Shown piece by piece: positions 15,154 to 23,618 of a stretch of 47,411 bases of DNA (within the stretch, counting starts at the first letter, position 1; every line of letters begins with the position of its first letter). The notes beneath the pieces were generated by a model, which was not told the DNA's origin, searched no databases, and was given only the letters and a program-made list of their open reading frames with translations. The DNA comes from an uncultured Anaerolineae bacterium (GTDB lineage Bacteria; Chloroflexota; Anaerolineae; Promineifilales; Promineifilaceae). The stretch is from contig CALECP010000146.1 in the NCBI GenBank assembly GCA_937949915.1, positions 1 through 47,411 on the forward strand, read 5' to 3'. The position numbers and the translations under genes are program-made.

Positions 15154-16896
15154 ATGAGTGCTATGAGTGTAGAAGACAAGCTGCACAGGCGCGTTAAACG
15201 CGAACGGGCCGCCCGCAAAGAAGCAGAAGCCATTCTTGAAAACAGGAGTCGTGAGCTTTATTTAGCCAATCAAGCGTTGCGCCAAATGCGCGATATGCTG
15301 GAAGTGCGCGTCGAGGAACGCACTATCGAACTGCAATTGGCGATGGAGCAAGCACGGGCGGCCGATCAAGCAAAATCAGCATTTCTAGCCAATATGAGCC
15401 ACGAAATTCGCACACCGTTAAATGCGGTGATCGGCTTGTCTGAACTATTGCTGGAAACAGAACTGGACGAGGAACAAGCTGATTTTATTAACACCGTCCG
15501 CACCAGTGGCAACAGTTTACTCACCATCATCAACGATATTCTTGACTTTTCTAAAATCGAGGCGGGAAAATTAGAACTAGAGGTGATGCCATTTAATGTT
15601 TACAGTTGTATCGAAGATGTGCTAGATATGTTTGCACCCACGGCCGGGAAGAAACAGATCGATCTCGCTTATGTGCTTGAGCCGACTGTGCCAGATACAT
15701 TGATCGGCGATGTGGTTCGCCTGCGCCAAGTGTTGGTCAATCTAGTGAGCAATGCGGTGAAATTTACCGAAACAGGCGAAGTCGTCGTGTCAGCCAATGC
15801 GCGTCCCATCGAACCGGGCAGCAGTTGGTACAACATCATTTTTTCAGTGCGCGATACAGGTGCAGGGATTCCGGCCGACCGTCTCAATCGTCTATTCAAA
15901 TCATTTAGCCAAGTCGATACCAGCATCACCCGCCGCTACGGTGGCACCGGACTGGGCTTGGCGATCAGCAAGCGCCTGGTCAATTTGATGGGAGGCGACC
16001 TCACCGTCGAAAGTATAGTCGGCACAGGCAGCACCTTCACATTTGATTTCGATGCAGAAGCAAGCGATTCCTTGATCGAATCACAGGTACGCGATGAACA
16101 TGCCGCGCTGTATGGGCTAAAAATGTTGGTGGTTGACGACAACGGCACAAACCGCTTTTTGGTAGAACGCCATGCCAGTACATGGGGGATGATCGCGCAA
16201 CCGGTAGAATCGGCACATGAAGCATTGCAACTCCTGCAAACAGCGTCATTTGATGTCATCATTTTGGACGTACACATGCCCCATGTCGATGGTCTAACAC
16301 TCGGCCGACTATGCAACAAACTGTATCCTGATTTGCCGATCATCTTTCTCAGTTCATCGACTCGGAGCGAACTGACGCTCGATGATCTGACCTACGCATC
16401 GTTTTTGCACAAGCCACTCAAACCGGCTCAATTATTGAATGCGTTGCTGCGCCTCTTTATGCCAAGCGATCAAACGCCGATTGTCATTCCGCCGCACAAC
16501 CCAAACCTAGCAAGCGCAAAAAATATGCCCCCGATGCGAATCGCGGTAGCAGAAGATAATCCTGTCAATCAAAAAGTGATCGGTTTGATGTTGGCTAGTT
16601 TGGGCTATACGGCCGACATTGTGGACGACGGCCGTCAATTGATCACGCTCTTGCGACAAAAAACGGTCGATGTCGTGTTGATGGATGTGCAGATGCCCAA
16701 CATGGATGGTATTCAGACAACCCGGCACATCCGCGAGCAGTTTCCGGCCGACCAGCAGCCGCATATCATCGCCCTCACCGCCCATGCGCTATCCGGTTCG
16801 CGGGAACAATTTTTGGCGGCCGGAATGGACGATTATTTAAGCAAGCCGATAGAAAAAGCAGCCCTCATCAAAAAGCTAAAAACATCGGCCGCGTAA
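15154..16896 (+). CDS. Hybrid sensor histidine kinase (coiled coil-HisKA-HATPase_c-REC-REC), H-NOX-associated
   Basis: H-box [20 protein letters not shown] boxes [31 protein letters not shown]. Two receiver domains ([11 protein letters not shown]...[11 protein letters not shown]...HKP; [11 protein letters not shown]...[11 protein letters not shown]...LSKP). No TM or sensor domain. Starts 5 nt after hnoX. Confidence 0.92.
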   Translation: MSAMSVEDKLHRRVKRERAARKEAEAILENRSRELYLANQALRQMRDMLEVRVEERTIELQLAMEQARAADQAKSAFLANMSHEIRTPLNAVIGLSELLLETELDEEQADFINTVRTSGNSLLTIINDILDFSKIEAGKLELEVMPFNVYSCIEDVLDMFAPTAGKKQIDLAYVLEPTVPDTLIGDVVRLRQVLVNLVSNAVKFTETGEVVVSANARPIEPGSSWYNIIFSVRDTGAGIPADRLNRLFKSFSQVDTSITRRYGGTGLGLAISKRLVNLMGGDLTVESIVGTGSTFTFDFDAEASDSLIESQVRDEHAALYGLKMLVVDDNGTNRFLVERHASTWGMIAQPVESAHEALQLLQTASFDVIILDVHMPHVDGLTLGRLCNKLYPDLPIIFLSSSTRSELTLDDLTYASFLHKPLKPAQLLNALLRLFMPSDQTPIVIPPHNPNLASAKNMPPMRIAVAEDNPVNQKVIGLMLASLGYTADIVDDGRQLITLLRQKTVDVVLMDVQMPNMDGIQTTRHIREQFPADQQPHIIALTAHALSGSREQFLAAGMDDYLSKPIEKAALIKKLKTSAA

Positions 16897-16915
16897 AAAT
16901 GTTACACTGATACCT

Positions 16916-17947
16916 ATGGAAAATATACTTGTCTTGCTCCTGCTCTTTTTGCCTCTCGGCATGGTTTTGTTACTGGCAAATATCTCTGAACAACGCCGTC
17001 TGGCGGCCGAAAAAAGCACGGCCGCCAACGTCGGTGCGTATGGTTGTACGACGTTGTTGCTTGCCACATTGGTGTTAGTCGGGTGTGGGATAGCCCTTGC
17101 CATCAGCACACCCGAATTTTCCGAAGTGGCTGAAATGATGCCAATGGAACTATCATCCCCCGCCCTAGCCGCGTATGGTATGCTCGTTCCTGCGCTCATC
17201 GGGTTGCTCTGCTTGCTCAAACCGGTGCGCCGTCTGCTGGCAACAATCATTCCCATCGACCCAGACAGCCACGTACACGCCATTGCCCTGGCGATAGCCA
17301 TGCTCGTGCCGATCAGCACATTTTTCACATCGGGTATCGGATTAGGAACGCTGGCAGATGCAGTCGAGGGAGTAGAACGCAGCACGGCCGCCACATTGCT
17401 CGAGCTATGGGGACAACAGCTATTAACGGCCGGACTGGCGATCATTGCAGTCGGCTACACAGTGCGCCGTTCCCCCCGCAAAACATTTGAACGGCTGGGC
17501 ATCACGCGCATTTCGGCGCGACAATTGATCACCGGTATCGTGATCGCGCTCGTCATGTCTTTCTTGGTCAATCTGTCGGCCATTCCGGCCGAAAGTGCAG
17601 GCTGGATCAGCGACGATGTTTCGCGGCTGACCGAATCGTTACTCGGCGCAGCGTTCGACTCATGGTACGGCATTCTCACCATCGGCTTGGCGGCCGCCAT
17701 CGGCGAAGAAACGCTGTTTCGCGGCGCACTCCAGCCCCGTTTCGGTCTCGTGCTAACTACCTTGCTCTTCGTTTTGGCACACAGTCAATATGGATTTGGC
17801 TTCGCCACCGGGATTGTCGCCGTCGTCGGGCTTATCTTGGGCATCATTCGCCACCGCCACAACACAACGATGGCAATGGTCGTCCACGCCGTCTACAACT
17901 CATCCTTGCTGTTCACCGGGCAGTTTGTCGAGTGGCTGTTTTTTTAG
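16916..17947 (+). CDS. CPBP-family intramembrane glutamic endopeptidase (CAAX protease/Abi-like)
   Basis: 343-aa multi-TM ORF with the three CPBP motifs [20 protein letters not shown] and MVVHAVYNS. Confidence 0.85.
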   Translation: MENILVLLLLFLPLGMVLLLANISEQRRLAAEKSTAANVGAYGCTTLLLATLVLVGCGIALAISTPEFSEVAEMMPMELSSPALAAYGMLVPALIGLLCLLKPVRRLLATIIPIDPDSHVHAIALAIAMLVPISTFFTSGIGLGTLADAVEGVERSTAATLLELWGQQLLTAGLAIIAVGYTVRRSPRKTFERLGITRISARQLITGIVIALVMSFLVNLSAIPAESAGWISDDVSRLTESLLGAAFDSWYGILTIGLAAAIGEETLFRGALQPRFGLVLTTLLFVLAHSQYGFGFATGIVAVVGLILGIIRHRHNTTMAMVVHAVYNSSLLFTGQFVEWLFF

Positions 17948-17960
17948 GAGCAATCACATA

Positions 17961-18410
17961 ATGAAACGTATTCTCATCATGCACGGGCCCAATCTCAATT
18001 TGCTTGGCACACGTGAACCAGACGTATATGGCGCACAAACGCTGGATGACATCAATACGCTTTTGCACGCTTATGCGGCCGAGCGCGACACCGAACTGCA
18101 CATCGTACAAAGCAACCATGAAGGCGTATTGATCAGTGAAATCCACCTTGCGCGTTTCCCGATGGTAGGCGAACCAAAGCATGGCATCGTCATCAACCCG
18201 GGCGCGTTCACCCACACCAGCATCGCCATTCGAGATGCCCTCGCCGGGGTCGAATTACCCGTTGTCGAAGTGCATTTGTCAAACGTTCATGCACGAGAAG
18301 CGTTTCGCCATCATTCATACATCGCGCCCATCGCCGTCGGGCAAATCAGTGGGTTTGGGGCAAACAGCTATTTGCTGGGGTTACAAGCATTGCTCGATCA
18401 TCTAGGGTAA
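17961..18410 (+). CDS. aroQ: Type II 3-dehydroquinate dehydratase
   Basis: Start at ATG 17961 (AGGAG at 17946-17950) inside ORF 17790-18410. [24 protein letters not shown]...[19 protein letters not shown]...[18 protein letters not shown] is a textbook AroQ sequence. Confidence 0.94.
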   Translation: MKRILIMHGPNLNLLGTREPDVYGAQTLDDINTLLHAYAAERDTELHIVQSNHEGVLISEIHLARFPMVGEPKHGIVINPGAFTHTSIAIRDALAGVELPVVEVHLSNVHAREAFRHHSYIAPIAVGQISGFGANSYLLGLQALLDHLG

Positions 18411-18558
18411 GCACGTCACGGTGTTCAGTGTTTCAGTAAATAAGTATGTCAGTTTAACTTTTCGTGCCGAAATGCTGTCTTCTTACACATATTTGTAGCG
18501 ACAATGCGGTTAAAAAGATGAGATAAGTTGTTTGCGGCCGACTGATATACTGACAAAC
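18411..18558 (-). repeat. Copy B of the paralogous intergenic element (inverted relative to copy A at 8027-8156)
   Basis: The reverse complement of 18504-18558 is GTTTGTCAGTATATCAGTCGGCCGCAAACAACTTATCTCATCTTTTTAACCGCAT, 47/55 identical to 8027-8081. The extension to about 18411 aligns with about 75% identity after a roughly 20-nt indel. Confidence 0.65.
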
Positions 18559-18617
18559 TGAAGAACTAACAAACGCCGACGCATGTCAGCATTCACTTGT
18601 GCTAAAATCACTCCACT

Positions 18618-19313
18618 ATGTCAGGAAAAATTCTTGTCGTCGATGACGACGTAGCTCTCACCGATAACGTTGTCCAAATTTTGCAGCGCGAAGGGTACAC
18701 CTTCCTCGTCGCACACACGGCCGAAGATGGGCTACACCTTGCCCTCCAAGCACAACCCGATCTCGCCCTGCTCGATATCATGATCCCGGTGATGGGCGGC
18801 TTTGAACTGTGCCGCCAAATTCGCCACCAGTCAGCGTTGCCCATCATTTTCCTGACCGCCATGGAAGACGTAGACAGCATCGTGCATGGTCTCGACATCG
18901 GCGGAGACGACTACCTAACCAAGCCATTTGACGAACCGATTTTGATCGCCCGTATCCGCGCCCAATTGCGCCGGATGCAACGCTTGAGCCAACCAACCAC
19001 ACCAGACACCCTCACCTTTGGTGACGGCGAAATCATTGTCGATATGCCCTCCCATCGTGTCACCGTGCGCGGCGAATTGGTCGATCTGACCCCGCGTGAG
19101 TTCGAGCTATTTTCTGTCCTCGTCACCAATGCAGGGCGCGTCGTAACCAAAGGCGAACTGATCCAAATGGCGTGGGGGCCAAAGTTCAACGACGCGAAAG
19201 AGAACATCAAGCCATACATCCATTATCTACGTCGCAAAATCGAAGCAGACCCGGCCGCGCCTCGCTGGATATTGACAGCGCGGGGTGTCGGCTATCGTTT
19301 TGCCAACGAATAA
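18618..19313 (+). CDS. OmpR/PhoB-family response regulator (REC + winged-helix)
   Basis: ILVVDDDVALTD...DLALLDIMIPVMGGFELC...FLTA...KPF. C-terminal LTPREFELFSVLV...RVVTKGELI...YIHYLRRKIE...ILTARGVGYRF. TGCTAAAAT at 18600-18608 lies 9 nt before the ATG, with no SD. Confidence 0.92.
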   Translation: MSGKILVVDDDVALTDNVVQILQREGYTFLVAHTAEDGLHLALQAQPDLALLDIMIPVMGGFELCRQIRHQSALPIIFLTAMEDVDSIVHGLDIGGDDYLTKPFDEPILIARIRAQLRRMQRLSQPTTPDTLTFGDGEIIVDMPSHRVTVRGELVDLTPREFELFSVLVTNAGRVVTKGELIQMAWGPKFNDAKENIKPYIHYLRRKIEADPAAPRWILTARGVGYRFANE

Positions 19314-19331
19314 GCCCCGTTTCTCCCCATC

Positions 19332-20408
19332 GTGAACACGACTACAAATGAACATACTCACTGGCCGCGCCTTGCGCTCCGGCCGTATCGTCTGCTGCTG
19401 CTCATCGGCCTGTTGCTCCTCACCTTCACCCTCAGCCTCTCACTCGGCTCTGTCAACATCCCATTTGCAGACGTGATCACCATTCTGACCGGGGGCGAAC
19501 CAGCGAAAGCGACATGGAGTGTGATCATTCTCAAAATCCGCCTGCCCCGTGCTATTACGGCCGTGCTGGCAGGGGCCGCCCTCGCCATCAGCGGCCTACA
19601 AATGCAAACACTGTTTCGCAATCCGTTGGCCGGGCCCTTTGTGCTGGGCATCAGTTCGGGCGCCAGTTTGGGCGTGGCACTCGTCGTCTTGTCCGTCAGC
19701 ACGGCCGCGGGTGGATTGCTCGCCTCGCTCGGTTTTCTCGGCAATATCGGCATCGTCTTGGCAGCCACGCTCGGTAGTGCGTTCGTGTTAATCGCCGTCA
19801 TGCTCGTCGCCCACCGCGTCAACAATATGACATTGCTCATCCTCGGTTTGCTGTTCGGCTACGCCACCAGTGCCATCGTCAGCATCCTGCTCTACTTCGC
19901 TATTGCAGAGCGCATCCAAGCGTACATTGCGTGGACGTTTGGCAGCTTTGGCGGGGTCACATGGGGGCAATTGCAAGTGTTAATCCCAGTCATCCTTTTT
20001 GCTTTGTCTATCGCTTGGCTGTCGGCCAAACCATTAAACGCTCTCCTGCTGGGCGAAGCATACGCCCGGTCGCTGGGGCTGACAATACGGCGGGCGCGGT
20101 GGCTGATTTTGGTCAGTGCGTCGATGTTGGCAGGCGCGATCACAGCGTATTGTGGGCCGATTGGGTTTGTGGGGGTGGCAGTGCCGCATTTGTGTCGCAG
20201 TTTGTTTAATACGTCCGATCATCGGGTGCTTGTCCCCGGCACTATTTTGATCGGCAGCGTGGTCGCACTGACGGCCGATCTCGTCGCACAACTACCGGGC
20301 AGCGACACGGTATTGCCGCTCAATGCAGTGACATCGTTGCTCGGTGCGCCAATTGTGGCGTGGGTGATTTTGCGGCAGCGCAACTTACGTGCTTCGTTTG
20401 GAGGCTAG
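19332..20408 (+). CDS. FecCD-family ABC importer permease (iron-siderophore/cobalamin type)
   Basis: 358-aa ORF (GTG start) with about 9-10 TM segments. RLPRAITAVLAGAALAISGLQMQTLFRNPLAGPFVLGISSGASLG is characteristic of BtuC/FepD/FecCD. Confidence 0.9.
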   Translation: MNTTTNEHTHWPRLALRPYRLLLLIGLLLLTFTLSLSLGSVNIPFADVITILTGGEPAKATWSVIILKIRLPRAITAVLAGAALAISGLQMQTLFRNPLAGPFVLGISSGASLGVALVVLSVSTAAGGLLASLGFLGNIGIVLAATLGSAFVLIAVMLVAHRVNNMTLLILGLLFGYATSAIVSILLYFAIAERIQAYIAWTFGSFGGVTWGQLQVLIPVILFALSIAWLSAKPLNALLLGEAYARSLGLTIRRARWLILVSASMLAGAITAYCGPIGFVGVAVPHLCRSLFNTSDHRVLVPGTILIGSVVALTADLVAQLPGSDTVLPLNAVTSLLGAPIVAWVILRQRNLRASFGG

Positions 20409-20412
20409 GGTG

Positions 20413-21375
20413 ATGGCAATGCTACAAACAGACACGCTTACCATCGGGTATCGGCCGCACCGTCGCCCCGCGCACATCGTCAGCGAAAAGCTCGATCTGA
20501 CACTGGAAGCGGGGCAATTGATCTGCTTGCTAGGCCCAAACGGCGCAGGCAAATCAACCTTGATGCGAACGCTGGCCGGGATGCAGCCGCCATTGGGCGG
20601 CCGGGTGCGGTTGGGCGGCGACGATATTGCCAGCCTGCCCTCGCGCACAGTGGCGAAACGGTTGAGCATCGTCCTGACAGAGCGCATCGACGCGGGATTG
20701 CTGTCTGCCTATGCGCTGGTCGCACTGGGGCGGTATCCGTACACCGATTGGCGCGGCCGATTGACGGCCGCCGACGAGACCATCGTGCAAAACGCCATTG
20801 ATGCAGTGGGCGCACGGCCGCTGGCACACCGCCCTGTCAGCCAACTGAGCGACGGGGAACGCCAAAAAATCATGATCGCCCGCGCCCTTGCCCAGCAGCC
20901 AGATGTGATTTTGCTCGATGAACCAACCGCCTATCTCGATTTGCCACGCCGGGTAGAAATCATGCAGATATTGCGACGGCTGGCACACGATGACGGCCGC
21001 GCTATTTTGCTCTCGACGCACGATCTCCATCTCGCTATGCGAAGTGCAGATGCGATTTGGCTGCTGGCAAATGGCAAGCTGCACATCGGTGCGCCAGAAG
21101 ATTTGGTGCTAAATGGCGCGTTTGCGGCCGCGTTTGCGGGTGAAGGGGTAACGTTCGATCCGATGAGTGGGTCGTTTCATGTGGCGCACGCCCACCGGGG
21201 CAGCATCGCGGTTGTCGGTGATGGTGTGCGAGCGGTGTGGACGGCGCGTGCGCTCGAAAGAGTGGGCTTTCAGGTCGATGCGGCCGCCCCCCTGCGCGTC
21301 ATCTGCCATCCGACAACGTGGGAATATGGCACGGCCGAATATAGATCATTAGCTCACCTGACAAAGCATTTATAG
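20413..21375 (+). CDS. ABC importer ATP-binding protein (FecE/BtuD-like) with a C-terminal extension of about 75 aa
   Basis: Start moved to ATG 20413 (GGAGG at 20400-20404), just after the permease stop at 20408. Walker A GPNGAGKST, signature LSDGERQK, Walker B ILLDEPTAYLD, H-loop STHD. About 75 extra residues follow the ABC core. Confidence 0.88.
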   Translation: MAMLQTDTLTIGYRPHRRPAHIVSEKLDLTLEAGQLICLLGPNGAGKSTLMRTLAGMQPPLGGRVRLGGDDIASLPSRTVAKRLSIVLTERIDAGLLSAYALVALGRYPYTDWRGRLTAADETIVQNAIDAVGARPLAHRPVSQLSDGERQKIMIARALAQQPDVILLDEPTAYLDLPRRVEIMQILRRLAHDDGRAILLSTHDLHLAMRSADAIWLLANGKLHIGAPEDLVLNGAFAAAFAGEGVTFDPMSGSFHVAHAHRGSIAVVGDGVRAVWTARALERVGFQVDAAAPLRVICHPTTWEYGTAEYRSLAHLTKHL

Positions 21376-21390
21376 CGTATAATCACGCCG

Positions 21391-22305
21391 ATGAATAATG
21401 TGAACAGGGTCGTTATTTGTGGTATCGGTTTGATGGGTGGCTCGCTGGCAAAAGCGTTACGGCCGCACGTCAAAACGATTGTGGCGGTGGACAGCAACGA
21501 TGATGTTCTTGCCCAAGTGAGGGCGGCCGGGGCGGCCGATCATTGCTACAACACAATCGAACAAGCGAACATCCAGCGCGATGATCTACTGATTCTAGCC
21601 GTCCCTGTGCGGACGATAGCGCAGACAGTAGCGGCGTTGCCTGCCGTTGTACCAGGGGGGTGCATGGTGCTTGATTTGGGCAGTACCAAGCTAGAGATTT
21701 GCCAAGCAATGGACGCGCTGCCGCCCCAATTTGAAGCGATGGGCGGCCACCCGATGTGCGGGATCGAGCGCAGTGGTTTTGCGGTTAGTTTCGCTGAAAT
21801 GTATGTCAAGCAAGCGTTTATTTTGATTCCGACAGCGCGGACAACGACGCGGATATTCCAAGCGGCCGAGGCGTTGGTGGCGGCGATTGGCGCAATTGCG
21901 ATTGAGGTGGCGGCCGACCGCCATGACCAGATGCTGGGCTTGATCAGCCACATGCCTCATTTGGTGTCGATGATTTTGATGAACACCGCGCATGAATGGG
22001 CAGATGGGGATGAGACAGTTTGGTATGTCAGCGCATCCAGTTTTCAAGATATGTCGCGCTTGTCTGGCTCTGACCCGCGTATGTGGCGCGATATTTTTCT
22101 CACCAATCGGGAGGCGGTGCTAGAACATCTTCACTACTATCGAGCGCACTTGGATAATGTGATCATGATGCTACAGTCGGCCGAGGGGGAGACGCTGCAA
22201 GCGTGGCTGGGCGATACGCAAACACGCCACACCGACTATCAGGCGACAAAACGCCGTTTTGAACAAGGGTTGGTTCATGAGCGCCAAGTGAGTGACGAAT
22301 CGTGA
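21391..22305 (+). CDS. tyrA: Prephenate/arogenate dehydrogenase
   Basis: N-terminal Rossmann motif VVICGIGLMGGSLAKAL, catalytic region GGHPMCG, and SHMPHLVS / SGFQDMSRL-like segments typical of the TyrA family. Confidence 0.87.
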   Translation: MNNVNRVVICGIGLMGGSLAKALRPHVKTIVAVDSNDDVLAQVRAAGAADHCYNTIEQANIQRDDLLILAVPVRTIAQTVAALPAVVPGGCMVLDLGSTKLEICQAMDALPPQFEAMGGHPMCGIERSGFAVSFAEMYVKQAFILIPTARTTTRIFQAAEALVAAIGAIAIEVAADRHDQMLGLISHMPHLVSMILMNTAHEWADGDETVWYVSASSFQDMSRLSGSDPRMWRDIFLTNREAVLEHLHYYRAHLDNVIMMLQSAEGETLQAWLGDTQTRHTDYQATKRRFEQGLVHERQVSDES

Positions 22306-22455
22306 TTGAGCTAAAAATGCGGCACAAAATGGTTATGATTCGGTTATAAATTGTTACTTTTGACCAATCATAGGGGTAGCGTACTTGGCTAACACGCCAA
22401 ATTCGATTATGATGCACTATAGTGTCATTTCACCTGGCCGGCTGATTAGACAACA

Positions 22456-22483
22456 GGCTCCCTGCATTTCAGGGAGCCTTTTT
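22456..22483 (+). terminator. Rho-independent terminator
   Basis: GGCTCCCTG (22456-22464), 5-nt loop, CAGGGAGCC (22470-22478), then TTTTT (22479-22483). It lies 150 nt downstream of tyrA. Confidence 0.65.
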
Positions 22484-22540
22484 AATGTCTACCGTAGTCG
22501 ATCAGTTATGAGAAAATCAACGCAAAAATAAGGAGTTTCT

Positions 22541-23044
22541 ATGTCCGTTGTTGTTTGTAAAGTGCTAGAAAATGGGTATGAGATCGCGGCCGATTCGATC
22601 ACAGTGCGTGGTTGGACACAATCGCGGGGGAAAAACACATCGCTCTCTAAATTAGAAGAAGTAAACGACATGGTGATCGGCAGTGTGGGAACGGCGCAGG
22701 AAGGGGTATTGTTTCGCATGTTTGCGGCCAGTCGTCGGCCGACCACTTCAGACATTCCCGGCATCCTCGAATTTCTATCTGACTTCTCTGACTGGAAAAA
22801 CAAAAAGATCGGCGAGAAAGGAATCGATAACTCTTACATCATCGGTTTAGACGGTAAGGCGTTTGCAATTGAGGCATGGCTGATCGAAGAGATCGTGACA
22901 TACGAAGCGATTGGCGCGGGGAAGAACTTTGCATTGGCCGCGCTGTATTTGGGCGAATCGGCCGAGAAAGCGGTCGAAACAGCGATTGAACTATCGGTGA
23001 TGTGTGAAGCGCCGATTCGCTTGATTCGCAAAGTGGTAGAGTGA
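22541..23044 (+). CDS. HslV/proteasome-beta-like Ntn-hydrolase-fold protein, stand-alone
   Basis: AAGGAG lies 7 nt upstream. MSVVVCKVLENGYEIAADSITVRG...MVIGSVGTAQEGVLFRMF...YEAIGAGKNFALAALYLG...AEKAVETAIELS aligns by eye with HslV (TTIVSVRRNG..IAGDGQ...IAGFAGGTADAFTLFE...AIGSGGPYAQAAARAL). Residue 2 is Ser where HslV has the Thr nucleophile. Confidence 0.55.
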   Translation: MSVVVCKVLENGYEIAADSITVRGWTQSRGKNTSLSKLEEVNDMVIGSVGTAQEGVLFRMFAASRRPTTSDIPGILEFLSDFSDWKNKKIGEKGIDNSYIIGLDGKAFAIEAWLIEEIVTYEAIGAGKNFALAALYLGESAEKAVETAIELSVMCEAPIRLIRKVVE

Positions 23045-23165
23045 AGCACTTTGCGAATTGATGTGTTGATATTCCCCCCCTCAGTCCCGCCCGAAGGGGG
23101 AGAGGTCTGATCCTTGAGTTTGGCTTGTAGCAGGGGTAGTAAAAAGGACGCTAACATTGCCGGTA

Positions 23166-23579
23166 ATGATGGCTCTATTCTTAGGCCGTTCCAAAGAAAT
23201 GATCATCCAAGATTTTGGGTTGTACCTCTGGTAAGAACGCACAAAACAGGATGATTTATTTCTGGACAAGCCCTTAATGGCAACTTGGCGACAAATCAGT
23301 GGTGTAAGCGAGTTGTCCCGATTGATACGAGATGAATCTGCTCTCTGGGAGAAGCCAATCAAAGTATCACAACAGGCTATTTCTGAACGGTTGAAAACAT
23401 TGCCACCCGTTCTGGTACTGAATGTCGTCAACAGCTTGATGCCCATCATGCAAAGTCGTTGGGAATCCCGCAAACGCCCTCTGCCACCAGAAATCGCGTG
23501 GGTCAAAAAACAATATGACAACTGCTTGGTAGTCGATGGGTCTACATTGGATGCACTGGTGCGAAAAATTGGATTATAG
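23166..23579 (+). pseudogene. Remnant of an IS4/IS5-superfamily DDE transposase gene (in-frame stop, truncated after the first catalytic-Asp region)
   Basis: A single frame reads MMALFLGRSKEMIIQDFGLYLW*ERTKQDDLFLDKPLMATWRQISGVSELSRLIRDES...VVDGSTLDALVRKIGL*, with TAA at 23232-23234. (V)DGSTLDA is the usual first-D region of IS4-like transposases. Only about 137 of the expected 350-450 codons remain. No CGGCCG occurs in this 0.6 kb. Confidence 0.6.
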
Positions 23580-23580
23580 G

Positions 23581-23609
23581 GTAGAGACGCACCGGTGGTG
23601 CGTCTCTAC
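23581..23609. repeat. GTAG-headed perfect palindrome (REP-like), copy 1
   Basis: GTAGAGACGCACC-GGT-GGTGCGTCTCTAC has 13-bp arms. It lies between the IS remnant and the valS stop. 27 nt are identical to 46037-46063. Confidence 0.85.
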
Positions 23610-23618
23610 CTACGATGA

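Noticed and set aside
22373-22420. A tRNA-like fragment (GGGGTAGCGTACTTGGCT...AAATTCGATT) that might mark an island attachment site.
   Set aside because: No D-stem, anticodon arm or complementary acceptor 3' strand can be drawn. The resemblance is limited to a GGGG start and a TTCGATT heptamer.
22306-22483. A possible small RNA or 3'-UTR-derived sRNA between tyrA and the terminator at 22456-22483.
   Set aside because: Only the terminator is supported. I see no promoter and no conserved structure, and I cannot test conservation from one sequence.
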